Positions 1 to 7,939 of a DNA stretch of 32,000 nt are shown piece by piece. This stretch comes from Corynebacterium glutamicum ATCC 13032. Lineage in GTDB: Bacteria > Actinomycetota > Actinomycetes > Mycobacteriales > Mycobacteriaceae. Numbering within the stretch: position 1 is the first letter of the stretch; every line of letters begins with the position of its first letter. Both the position numbers and the translations under genes were made by a program. The notes under the pieces are model-generated. The model did no database searches, had not been told where the DNA came from, and saw nothing but the letters and a program-made list of their open reading frames with translations. The stretch covers positions 210,001 through 242,000 of the forward strand of contig NC_003450.3 of the NCBI RefSeq assembly GCF_000011325.1, written 5' to 3'.

Positions 1-1455
1 AAGTCGGCGGGACATGTCAGATGCAAAGACTCCGGTTGGGTCGATCTCATTTCGAGTCTTCAACCAGCCTTCCATACCTGGGTACATGGCGTGGAAGTTC
101 TCTGCGGAGGTGCGGGATTCCTTGGCCAGGTAGAGGCGGCCGCCGAATTCCATGACGCGCTTGTCCAGATCGTCCAAGAAAGCTCCCAGACCTGGGCGGA
201 TAGGGAAGTCAACGCAGACGTTCCAGCCTGGCATTGGGTAGGACAGTGGTGCGCGGTTGCCTGGGCCAAACAGTTTGAACACGTTGAGTGCGGAGTAGTG
301 GCCGGACTTTTGCATATCGCGGATGATGTCCTTGAAAGGCTCAACAGCTTCTGTGGGGACCACGAACTGGTACTGCAGGAAGCCCTTGGAGCCGTAGCCA
401 CGGTTCCATTCGCCGATCAAATCCAGTGGTTGGTAGAACTGGGTGAGGTTTTTCACCTGGTTTTTCGCTGGTGCACCCATGGCGTAGTAAGCCACACCGA
501 CTGCGGAAAGGGTCAGCTTGTTCAAAGTCCAGGATGGGAAGATATCTGGAACCTTCATCAGCTGTGGAGCATTAAACTTCAGTGGATCCTTGGCCAGCTT
601 TGGTGCCAATTCTTCCAGCTGAGCAAGTGTTGCCAGGGAACCACGGGAGATGGTGGAGCGGCCAAGCTTTGGCTCAGGGCTGATGACATCGAACCACGCA
701 GAAGAATAGGTGTAGTTGTGCTCTGATCCGTCGGAGTGGAACGCAACGGTTTCTTCCAAGTTGTTGGTGCGGTCGGTGTCCGCAATGAAGTAGGCGGTTT
801 CCGTCTTGGTCATGCGGATGCGTGCACGGACGATGATGCCGGTCAGGCCCATGCCACCAACGGTTGCCCAGAACAGGTCGCCCTGTGGGTCTTCGGCGGT
901 GCCTTCTGGCTCGAGGTGCAGGATGCGTCCGTCTGCAACGAGGAGTTCCATGGAGACCACGTGGTCGCCGAAGGAACCTGCAGAGTGGTGGTTCTTACCG
1001 TGGATGTCTGGTCCGATTGCGCCACCGATGGTGACTTGGCGGGTGCCGGGAAGGACAGGAACCCAGAGGCCATATGGCAGGGCAGCCTTCATGAGCTGAT
1101 CGAGGGTGACGCCGCCATCTACATCGACGATCGCAGAATCAGGATCAATCGAGTGGATTTTGTTCAGTGGCTGCATGTCAATGACAAGGCCACCGGCGTT
1201 TTGGGCTGGGTCACCATAGGAACGACCCATGCCACGGGCAATCACGCCGCGCTTGAGGTAGTCCGGCTTGGAGTCGTTTTGTTCAGCGACTTGGCGGACT
1301 GCATCCACAATGATGTCTAGGTCTGGGGTGGTAAGTACCTCAGCGGTGGTGGGGGCTGTGCGGCCCCAACCGTTCAGTTTCTGAGCTTCTAGGGGAAGGG
1401 CTCCGTGGGCACCGGCCGAAGCGCCGGAGCTGGACGTGCCGTGAGAACTGTTCAT
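1..1455 (-). CDS. dprE1: Decaprenylphosphoryl-beta-D-ribose oxidase DprE1 (FAD-dependent); the 3' end runs off the left edge, so only the last few codons are missing
   Basis: Absent from the ORF track because it has no stop codon inside the window. My own minus-strand translation from the ATG at 1455-1453 gives an open 485-codon frame: [40 protein letters not shown]...GMGRSYGD...[31 protein letters not shown]...[18 protein letters not shown]...[27 protein letters not shown]...[10 protein letters not shown]. This is collinear with M. tuberculosis DprE1 (Rv3790) as I remember it. The + strand ORFs at 91-1320 are antisense shadows. Confidence 0.9.
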   Translation of the reverse strand, partial: MNSSHGTSSSGASAGAHGALPLEAQKLNGWGRTAPTTAEVLTTPDLDIIVDAVRQVAEQNDSKPDYLKRGVIARGMGRSYGDPAQNAGGLVIDMQPLNKIHSIDPDSAIVDVDGGVTLDQLMKAALPYGLWVPVLPGTRQVTIGGAIGPDIHGKNHHSAGSFGDHVVSMELLVADGRILHLEPEGTAEDPQGDLFWATVGGMGLTGIIVRARIRMTKTETAYFIADTDRTNNLEETVAFHSDGSEHNYTYSSAWFDVISPEPKLGRSTISRGSLATLAQLEELAPKLAKDPLKFNAPQLMKVPDIFPSWTLNKLTLSAVGVAYYAMGAPAKNQVKNLTQFYQPLDLIGEWNRGYGSKGFLQYQFVVPTEAVEPFKDIIRDMQKSGHYSALNVFKLFGPGNRAPLSYPMPGWNVCVDFPIRPGLGAFLDDLDKRVMEFGGRLYLAKESRTSAENFHAMYPGMEGWLKTRNEIDPTGVFASDMSRRL

Positions 1456-1531
1456 CGCCTTTAAAGGTTACCCCCGAAAATTTTCAGGTGGTGAAGACAA
1501 GCGTGAAATCGTCCAATCTCACATTTATTGC

Positions 1532-1768
1532 CTAAAGATCCATGAGTTCACGAATCTCTGCGGGGATTTCTTCCTGGGAGCTAATTGTTGGGCCGTCGTA
1601 TTCCCGAAGCAGGCGGTAGACCTCTGAACGTGAGGTGCTATCGAGCAGGGGGAGTTCCTGGGCGAAGAGGCGGGTCATGAAATCGTTAAGCGGAAGGTTG
1701 GTGCGTTCCGCCGCGATGTGGACCTCGGGAGCCTTGGCTTTTTTGAATCTTTCAAACATGCCCACCAC
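1532..1768 (-). CDS. Small hypothetical protein (75-78 aa). The real start is probably the ATG at 1759, preceded by AAGGTGG
   Basis: ORF-track protein MVGMFERFKKAKAPEVHIAAERTNLPLNDFMTRLFAQELPLLD.... An AAGGTGG Shine-Dalgarno-like motif overlaps the GTG at 1768 and sits upstream of the internal ATG. It is divergent from the 1777 operon. An antitoxin or ribbon-helix-helix-like N-terminus is only an impression. Confidence 0.45.
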   Translation of the reverse strand: MVGMFERFKKAKAPEVHIAAERTNLPLNDFMTRLFAQELPLLDSTSRSEVYRLLREYDGPTISSQEEIPAEIRELMDL

Positions 1769-1776
1769 CTTAATCA

Positions 1777-2286
1777 GTGAGTAGTCTTGGCAACATGGAT
1801 ACCAGGATGAGATTGCAGGTAGCAGCAGGTTCCGCGCTGATTGGTGCTGGGGTTGCGGTTAATGATTACGTACAAAGCCCAGTCCGCCGGGCCATCAGTT
1901 ATGGTGCGTTGGCGCTTTCTGGGGCGACGGTGATTGCGATGGGTCAGGACCCGACTGGGGAGCGGTCCATCATTGCGAAAGATTCCGCGACGATGGTTGA
2001 TCAAATCCGCCAGGAGATCGGCGATTTGGGTGTCACGCCTGGTCCAGAATCTGATGTGGATGCCATCACGGAGCGAGGTCCGCTGGTGACGTGGCTGTTG
2101 CTTGCTGTTTTTGTCGTGGCATTTTTCACCTTGGCGTATTTCTCCATGCGCATGGATGTGGCGGTGATGAGAAGGATCGCTAAGTTCTTTGAAAAACGTG
2201 GCGCTTCCAGGCCATTCACCTGCACTGGCATGGTGTACGCCGCTTTTATTTACGCAATCTGTGAGCTGGAGGCCCGCACAAAATGA
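1777..2286 (+). CDS. Hypothetical integral membrane protein (about 3-4 predicted TM helices)
   Basis: 169-aa ORF with hydrophobic stretches (LQVAAGSALIGAGVAV, ISYGALALSGATVIAMG, LVTWLLLAVFVVAFFTLAYF, MVYAAFIYAI). Its stop overlaps the next start (ATGA at 2283-2286). The start is uncertain; MDTRM at 1795 is an alternative. Confidence 0.55.
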   Translation: MSSLGNMDTRMRLQVAAGSALIGAGVAVNDYVQSPVRRAISYGALALSGATVIAMGQDPTGERSIIAKDSATMVDQIRQEIGDLGVTPGPESDVDAITERGPLVTWLLLAVFVVAFFTLAYFSMRMDVAVMRRIAKFFEKRGASRPFTCTGMVYAAFIYAICELEARTK

Positions 2287-2738
2287 CCTATCCCGTGTTG
2301 AGTGTTTTGGATAATTCTGGCGATCACAACATCATCTGGCATGTGCAAACTTATCCCGCGGCGCTGCCCACCGGGGCGTGGATTGCCGATGAGCAACAAC
2401 TGACTGACCTGCTGAAAGACACAGTAGTGTTCCTTACCCCTGGGAGCACCGCTCCGGAAAATGCCCCCGTGGCGACGATAGAAGGGGTGCGGGTTGACGT
2501 CGATAAGCAGGTGGCAGAGTACAACAAACATGGGATCCGCCTGCCCAGCTTGGGCGCGCGCACTGTGGAGGCGCAGTACCGCGGCGAGCCGGAGGCAGAG
2601 GCTGCGTGGCGCACGGCGATGGAGCTCGTAGAGATCGCAGGCGGCTGGCTAGAAATTGAAGCCAAGCGCCGGGCGCGGAAGGCGCTGGCTGAGGCCTTCG
2701 GCGCGGAGGTCCAGCCACTGCCGCTTGACACCGAATAG
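2283..2738 (+). CDS. Hypothetical cytoplasmic protein
   Basis: 151-aa ORF, translationally coupled to the upstream gene by an ATGA overlap. Codon usage is typical of the window. I recognise no family signature. Confidence 0.55.
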   Translation: MTYPVLSVLDNSGDHNIIWHVQTYPAALPTGAWIADEQQLTDLLKDTVVFLTPGSTAPENAPVATIEGVRVDVDKQVAEYNKHGIRLPSLGARTVEAQYRGEPEAEAAWRTAMELVEIAGGWLEIEAKRRARKALAEAFGAEVQPLPLDTE

Positions 2739-2763
2739 GACAAATGGGTCTATCCTGGGGCGC

Positions 2764-3660
2764 ATGCCCACGAATTATGCACGCGACAACGTCATTTCCT
2801 TGGCGTCTGCCCGCGAGCAGCGTTCCGGGAAACCCGAGCCCAAACCCGAACTAACACTCATCGTCCGCGCCACCAACGTGCAAGCGGACGGCGAGGTCCA
2901 CAGGCAAATTGGGTTGAACTCGGCGATGAGCCTGGACGAGCTGCACAATGTACTCAACATCGTTTTCGGTGTTGGCGGCGAGCAGTCACCCTGGCGTTTC
3001 GAAGACCAATTCCACCAACCCAGCGCCCCCGACACCAACCTCGGCGAACTCCTGCCCGAACCCGGCGACTTCCTGTTTTACTTCTGGGGCCTGTGGCAAT
3101 TCAACCTGCAATGCGTGGAAATGTACCCGCGCGACAACGGCACCCCGCGCGCGCTGTGCATCGGCGGCTCCGGCGGCCTCGGCGACGACTTCGACCAAGC
3201 CACCATCAACGCCGAACTCACCGGCACCGACACCATCCGCGACGTCCTCTCCGGCGTGCGCCCCGAAGTCATCGACCTCGTCGACCGCACCGGCGTCTTC
3301 GACTTCATCCCACTGCTCCAAGCGCTCGACCTCAAAAGAGAACCGCTTATCGACGCCACCCGCTACCACACCTGCCGCACGCTGCCAGTGGAAAACAGCG
3401 CCGAAGCCTCCGACGCATTCTGGTCCTGCGTACTCGCCCTGTCCTGCCTCGGAAACGACGAACTTTTCATCGAAGTGATCGAATCCACAATGAGCACCCT
3501 CGGCTGGGTCGCCGACGACGGCTCCCCACTACGTGCACCAGAGATCACCAGCGCCTGCGAAGCCTCCCTGAAGATACTCGCGGAACTCGGTGGCTACGGC
3601 CCAGAGCGGCTTGCCCCCGTGGATCGCCTGGACATTTATAGGGAGCTGCTGTGTTTCTAG
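2764..3660 (+). CDS. Hypothetical protein (299 aa from the ATG at 2764)
   Basis: The track ORF 2656-3660 overlaps the previous gene. The in-frame ATG at 2764 (MPTNYARDNVISL...) lies 26 nt after the upstream stop. The segment LIVRATNVQADGEVHRQIGLNSAMSLDELHNVLNIVFG..SPWRFED faintly recalls the pRiA4b ORF-3-like fold, at low confidence. The + and - ORFs at 2948-3641 in other frames are shadows. Confidence 0.6.
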   Translation: MPTNYARDNVISLASAREQRSGKPEPKPELTLIVRATNVQADGEVHRQIGLNSAMSLDELHNVLNIVFGVGGEQSPWRFEDQFHQPSAPDTNLGELLPEPGDFLFYFWGLWQFNLQCVEMYPRDNGTPRALCIGGSGGLGDDFDQATINAELTGTDTIRDVLSGVRPEVIDLVDRTGVFDFIPLLQALDLKREPLIDATRYHTCRTLPVENSAEASDAFWSCVLALSCLGNDELFIEVIESTMSTLGWVADDGSPLRAPEITSACEASLKILAELGGYGPERLAPVDRLDIYRELLCF

Positions 3661-3711
3661 GTATTGTGTAACCTCGTGTCCGAAAATCTTGATGTTACGA
3701 TCGTCCGACCA

Positions 3712-4110
3712 ATGAGCCTGAAAACCCAAGCTTTCCGGTTCATCCTCACCGGTGGCCTCTCAGCCATCGTGGACCTCGGCCTGCTGTCACTTTTGCAGCT
3801 AGTGTTCGGCCTTCCCGTACCTGTTGCCCGCACGATCTCCTTCATCGCCGGCACCACCACCGCCTACATGATCAACCGCCGGTGGACCTTCCAAGCAGAA
3901 AGCTCCACCTCCAGGTTCCTTGCTGTGGTGGCCCTCTACGGCGTGACCTTCCTGATCAACATTGGACTGCAAACCCTCTGCTCCGCATTGTTTGAGAATT
4001 GGGGCTGGAACGAAGCCGTCGCGATGGTGGTCGCCTTCGTGATCGCCCAAGGCACCGGAACGGTCATCAACTTCATCGTCCAAAGAACCATCATTTTCCG
4101 AGTGAAGTAA
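3712..4110 (+). CDS. GtrA-family membrane protein (counterpart of Rv3789)
   Basis: FRFILTGGLSAIVDLGLLSLLQ...ARTISFIAGTTTAYMINRRWTF...GTVINFIVQRTIIF matches the GtrA-like (PF04138) pattern. The track ORF starts at a TTG at 3664. I prefer the ATG at 3712 (MSLKTQAFRF). Confidence 0.8.
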   Translation: MSLKTQAFRFILTGGLSAIVDLGLLSLLQLVFGLPVPVARTISFIAGTTTAYMINRRWTFQAESSTSRFLAVVALYGVTFLINIGLQTLCSALFENWGWNEAVAMVVAFVIAQGTGTVINFIVQRTIIFRVK

Positions 4111-4120
4111 GGTACCCCTC

Positions 4121-4525
4121 ATGAAGACCTTCAATCCCACCATGATTGCCGGACTCATCGGCGTACTCTACTTCGTGCTGCTCACCCTGATTTTCTCCAT
4201 CCAAGACATGGAACTAGCAGCAGAAATCGCCTTCGGAATCGTCACCATCGTCGGCCTGATCGCGGTGTGGGACAACTTCCGCGACCGCAACAACTCCACC
4301 TGGAAAACCTGGACCGGCCTCGTCGGCGGACTGCTAATCGCCGTCCCCGGAATCTGCCTTCTTGTGGGAAACCTCGTGCTCCTCGCAGTCGACGGCAACC
4401 CCTCAACCATGGTGAACACCCTGCTCAGCGTCGCAGGGATCGGCGCGATCTTCCTCCTTCCGATCGGCATCATCATGTGCCTCATCGCCGGATTCAACCG
4501 CTACTACGCAGCCCTTAAGGTCTAA
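4121..4525 (+). CDS. Hypothetical small integral membrane protein (4 TM)
   Basis: 134-aa, very hydrophobic ORF. It starts 10 nt after the gtrA-like stop and ends 1 nt before the next start, so it sits in an operon. Confidence 0.6.
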   Translation: MKTFNPTMIAGLIGVLYFVLLTLIFSIQDMELAAEIAFGIVTIVGLIAVWDNFRDRNNSTWKTWTGLVGGLLIAVPGICLLVGNLVLLAVDGNPSTMVNTLLSVAGIGAIFLLPIGIIMCLIAGFNRYYAALKV

Positions 4526-4526
4526 A

Positions 4527-5162
4527 ATGCCCGGTCTAGTTCTCTCCACAAACGTCGCCCATATCCAACAAGACCCAGGTGGCGATGACCGCATCAGCGG
4601 CATCAACAAACTCCCCGTCGCCACCGGCATCGATGTATTCATCCCCGGACCCAACTACGGCGACGGCTCCGGCGTAGTCGGCGACGCCATCGGCGATTCC
4701 CTCCACCACGGCGGCGCCCACAAAGCCATCTACGCCTACAGCCGCGAAGAACTCGACTTCTTTGACCCCACCTACCGCAACGGATACTTCGGCGAAAACC
4801 TCACCACCAGCGGAATCGTGTTGGAAGACCTCCTGATCAACCAACAAGTGCGCATCGGCACCACGCTGCTCGAAGTCTCCATTCCCCGCCGACCCTGCCG
4901 CACGTTCGCCCACTGGCTCGACATCAAAGGCTGGCTAAAAACCTTCACCCAACGCGGCCTCCCCGGCAGCTACTTCCGAGTCATCGAAGAAGGCCACATC
5001 AACCCCGGCGACCCCATTGAAGTTCTGCAGGCCCCCGACCACGACATCACCATGTCCATGGCCTTCCGTGCAAAAATGGGAAACAAAGACCTCGCGCGCC
5101 GGGTTGTTGCAGCCAACTGTCTCCCAGCGCGCTACCACGAGGAACTACTAAAACTGATCTAG
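4527..5162 (+). CDS. MOSC domain-containing protein (YiiM-like)
   Basis: GENLTTSGIVLEDLLINQQVRIGTTLLEVSIPRRPCRTFAHWL...GSYFRVIEEGHINPGDPIEV is the MOSC beta-barrel signature with the conserved Cys. Confidence 0.8.
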   Translation: MPGLVLSTNVAHIQQDPGGDDRISGINKLPVATGIDVFIPGPNYGDGSGVVGDAIGDSLHHGGAHKAIYAYSREELDFFDPTYRNGYFGENLTTSGIVLEDLLINQQVRIGTTLLEVSIPRRPCRTFAHWLDIKGWLKTFTQRGLPGSYFRVIEEGHINPGDPIEVLQAPDHDITMSMAFRAKMGNKDLARRVVAANCLPARYHEELLKLI

Positions 5163-6100
5163 GGCCTATTGAATTTCTCGTCGCGGCCCAGTTTGTGCAG
5201 GCGCAGCCACTCCCGGAATCCCTTCACATCCCGTTTCTGAACCAGGAAGAACCACGCAAAGCGCGCATATTCCTGAGGGAGAAGCTTGCGCATTCCCGGC
5301 TGGCTCATCAGGTAGCCACGGTTGCGGTAGGTGAAAAACCTCTTGAAATCATTATCCGGATACTGCGTATGCATCCGCCCACCCAGAATCGGCTTGAACT
5401 CATCAGAACCATCCGGGTGCAAATACGCCGTGGTCAAACACGTACCAAACGGCAAACCGGAACGCACCAAACGGCGGTGATACTCCACCTCATCGCCGCG
5501 AATAAACAGTCGATAGTCCGGCACGCCAATGCGCTCCATTGCATAAGCGCTGATCAGGGCACCATTGAACAAGGAGGCGATGCCCGGCAGCAAATCATCC
5601 TCCGGGTTGGCTGGATCAATCAACTCACTGCGCATCCGACGCCACTCCAAGCCCCGACGCAGCGGAAATGCCAACCGCTCCGGATCATCAGCATTGCATA
5701 CCACCGGAGAAACCTCCTCCAGATTATGCCGAGAAGCGGCGTCGATAAGCGTCTTCAACACCCCTGGCCCCTCCGGCCGGCCGTCATCGTCTGCGCACCA
5801 CACCGCGTCCGCCCCCAGCGCCAACGCCGTCAAAAAACCAAAAGCAAAACCGCCACCGCCGCCCAAATTGGTGCGCGAAGGCGTGTAAACGGCACGGTCT
5901 CCCGCCACCTCTAAAACCAGCTTCTCGACGTCCGGATCCGCCCCATTATCCACCACCACAATGTGTTTCACCGGATAGGTTTGATTGGCAACAACCTCGA
6001 GGGAATGCCGCAGCAATTCCACACGATTGTGGGTCACAATGACCGCTGCGACGTTGATGCCCGGCTGGAGGCGGGTAGTGGTTTGTGCCATGGCATACAT
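5159..6100 (-). CDS. glfT1: GT2 galactofuranosyltransferase GlfT1 (Rv3782 homologue)
   Basis: VAAVIVTHNR..L..SLEVVANQT.P..HIVVVDNG...NLGGGGGFAFG...ADAVWCADDDGRP...EVSPVVCNADDPERLAFPLRRGLEWRR...LPGIASLFNGALIS...VPDYRLFIRGDEVEYHRRLVRSGLPFGTCL..AYLHPDGSDEFKPILGGRMH.QYPD...KRFFTYRNRGY is collinear with M. tuberculosis GlfT1 as remembered. Confidence 0.85.
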   Translation of the reverse strand: MYAMAQTTTRLQPGINVAAVIVTHNRVELLRHSLEVVANQTYPVKHIVVVDNGADPDVEKLVLEVAGDRAVYTPSRTNLGGGGGFAFGFLTALALGADAVWCADDDGRPEGPGVLKTLIDAASRHNLEEVSPVVCNADDPERLAFPLRRGLEWRRMRSELIDPANPEDDLLPGIASLFNGALISAYAMERIGVPDYRLFIRGDEVEYHRRLVRSGLPFGTCLTTAYLHPDGSDEFKPILGGRMHTQYPDNDFKRFFTYRNRGYLMSQPGMRKLLPQEYARFAWFFLVQKRDVKGFREWLRLHKLGRDEKFNRP

Positions 6101-6112
6101 CTTGCCACGCCA

Positions 6113-6712
6113 TCACAAATCGCTCAGATTAACCCGCCCCTTCGGCGACTCCAACACCAACTCCAACAACGGCTTACCCTCCTGAAAAATTGCAGGCTCT
6201 GGCAGCTCATCCGGCTCACTATGGCCATAGACCGTGAAACTGTGAACACTGACCTGGGGTTCTGTGACCTTGGAAGGATGCGGCGACCCCAACCAATCAA
6301 TCGCAAACGGCACCGGCGCAAAATCCACACCCGGCTCCGGCAAAATCAACCGCCACGTCAGCGTCGTCCCCTCCGGAGTGTGCCTGCTCATCAACTGCGA
6401 CTGCGTCCCCCGCTTAGCGGCGAGAGCCTCCAAATCATCCGGACGCACACACCACGCCGCCACCCTCGGCTCCGTCGACTGCGTCGTAGCGATCGCGAAA
6501 TTATCCTGCGTCACCGCGTCCGCCTCAGGATCCGGGCCAATCAACTCCAGGTACGACCCCTTTGGCTCTTTTAGTGGCACCAGCGCGTTCGCCGTCCCCG
6601 TATCGTGACGACCACCCGCCACCGCCTTAACCCCCGTCAACTTCTCAAACCGCGACACCAGATCTTTAAGGTTTGGCGCTGCAATAACAATGTGATCAAT
6701 CTGCGTTCCCAT
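6113..6712 (-). CDS. VOC/glyoxalase-like domain protein
   Basis: MGTQIDHIVIAAPNLKDLVSRFEKLTGVKAVAGGRHDTGTANALVPL...YLELIGPDPEA matches the Glyoxalase-like (PF13468-type) N-terminus. It ends 12 nt upstream of the glfT1 start, so the two are probably co-transcribed. Confidence 0.7.
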   Translation of the reverse strand: MGTQIDHIVIAAPNLKDLVSRFEKLTGVKAVAGGRHDTGTANALVPLKEPKGSYLELIGPDPEADAVTQDNFAIATTQSTEPRVAAWCVRPDDLEALAAKRGTQSQLMSRHTPEGTTLTWRLILPEPGVDFAPVPFAIDWLGSPHPSKVTEPQVSVHSFTVYGHSEPDELPEPAIFQEGKPLLELVLESPKGRVNLSDL

Positions 6713-6729
6713 AGGGTCATCCTAGGCGT

Positions 6730-7132
6730 TTCTTGGCGGTGGCTTTGGTTGCTTTGGTGCGGCGGCGGGCGAAAGTGGGCGGGCTTGTTGCTGGGATCGT
6801 CGCTTCGAGTGGCTAACTTGCCCTGTTTGAACCGCCCGATCACAACAGGGCGGGCTTGGTGCGGGGAAGGTCAGTTTTGGCGGGGAGTCCGCCTTGCTTG
6901 GTACACCAGCGAACGAAAGTGGGCCAACTTGCCGCCAGGCCGGTCACCTCCAGTGGCTAACTCGTCTTGTTTTGGTGTGGCGGCGGGCACAACGAGGCGG
7001 GTTTAGTGCTGGAGTGGTTGGTTTCGGCGACTAACTCGCCTTGTTTGGCGCACCCGCGCAGAACAGGGCCAACTTGCCGCCAGGGTGGTCACCTCCAGCG
7101 ACTAACCGCCCAACCGCGCAAACCCGAAACGC
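6730..7132 (+). repeat. Intergenic tandem array 1: about 5 degenerate 60-75 bp units plus a partial unit, all in the same orientation
   Basis: Units begin near 6774, 6848, 6919, 6994 and 7065. They share blocks GGCGGG(c/t)TT...G(g/a)CTAACT(c/t)G(c/t)C(c/t)TGTTT...(c)GGCGGG...AACA(g/a)GGC. The mid-unit CGCCYTGTT can pair with the AACARGGCG at the unit junction, for example GCCCTGTT 6830-6837 with AACAGGGC 6844-6851. The same family recurs at 13775-14306. Confidence 0.8.
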
Positions 7133-7137
7133 AGGAG

Positions 7138-7929
7138 CTACTTTTCTTCTTCCATGCGGGTGAGGAGTCTGCGGACGTGGTCGCCGGCGCCCTTGCCTTC
7201 GTAGGCTTCCACCACGTCTGGAACTAGTCCCGCTTCGCGGATTTGTCCGTGGTCGACCCAGAGTGCGGTGTTGCAGAGTTGGGCGAGGAAGTCGTTGGAG
7301 TGGGAGGCGAAGACGAGGATGCCGGATCGTTCGACGAGGGCTTGGAGGCGGTCGCGGGCTTTGGCCATGAAGGCGGCGTCGACGGCGCCGATGCCTTCAT
7401 CAAGAAGCAGAATTTCGGGCTCGATGGAGGTGACCACGCCGAGGGCTAGGCGGATGCGCATGCCGGTGGAGTAGGTTCGGAGAGGCATGGAGAGGTATTC
7501 GCCGAGTTCGGTGAAGTCGGCGATTTCTTCCATTTTGGCTTTCATCTGTTTGCGGGTTTGACCGAGGAAGAGGCCGCGGATGATGATATTTTCGTAGCCG
7601 GAGATTTCTGGATCCATGCCGACGCCGAGGTCGAAGACGGGGGCGACGCGTCCACGGATGTCAGCGCTTCCGCGGGTGGGTTCGTAGATGCCGGAGAGGA
7701 GTCGCAGGAGGGTGGATTTGCCGGCGCCGTTGTGGCCGACGAGTCCGACCCGGTCACCTTCGCGCAAGTGCAGGTTGACGTTCTTCAGCGCTTCGACGAC
7801 TACGACGTTGTCTTGATTGCGCCCGATTGCTCCGCCGGCTGCGCCGAGGAAGGCTTTCTTCATGGAGCGGGATTTGGCGTCGAAGATGGGGAAGTCGACG
7901 CAGGCGTTGTATGTATCGATGGATACCAT
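7138..7929 (-). CDS. Polysaccharide ABC exporter, ATP-binding subunit (Wzt/RfbE type, Rv3781-like)
   Basis: Walker A GHNGAGKSTLL, signature YSTGMRIRL, Walker B ILLLDE and the H-loop are all present. It lies 10 nt downstream of the ABC-2 permease gene. Confidence 0.9.
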   Translation of the reverse strand: MVSIDTYNACVDFPIFDAKSRSMKKAFLGAAGGAIGRNQDNVVVVEALKNVNLHLREGDRVGLVGHNGAGKSTLLRLLSGIYEPTRGSADIRGRVAPVFDLGVGMDPEISGYENIIIRGLFLGQTRKQMKAKMEEIADFTELGEYLSMPLRTYSTGMRIRLALGVVTSIEPEILLLDEGIGAVDAAFMAKARDRLQALVERSGILVFASHSNDFLAQLCNTALWVDHGQIREAGLVPDVVEAYEGKGAGDHVRRLLTRMEEEK

Positions 7930-7939
7930 GTGGTGCTCC

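Noticed and set aside
91-1320. Several + strand ORFs (91-726, 736-1320, 806-1099) and short minus-strand ORFs over the left 1.4 kb
   Set aside because: They lie antisense or out of frame to an uninterrupted 485-codon minus-strand frame with clear DprE1 homology. Their products are low-complexity and typical of shadow ORFs in GC-rich DNA.
2656-2763. The 5' extension of the 2656-3660 ORF, and similar track extensions at 3664, 8949, 11712, 16839, 20566 and 28176
   Set aside because: Each extension overlaps the upstream gene or a regulatory region and encodes an Arg-rich or otherwise atypical N-terminus. In each case an internal in-frame start has a better Shine-Dalgarno motif or gives an N-terminus that matches homologues.
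5195-5914. 239-aa + ORF (and 5565-5888, 5963-6574) opposite glfT1 and the VOC gene
   Set aside because: They are antisense to genes with strong family signatures. The products are Arg/Gln/Pro-rich and low-complexity.
6605-7006. 133-aa + ORF (and the 68-aa minus ORF at 6637-6843) running through repeat array 1
   Set aside because: The apparent peptide repeats (for example ...KWAGLLLGSSLRVANLPCL.../...KWANLPPGRSPPVANSSCF...) simply mirror the DNA repeats. Unit lengths are not multiples of 3, there is no ribosome-binding site, and the composition is Trp/Arg/Gly-rich.
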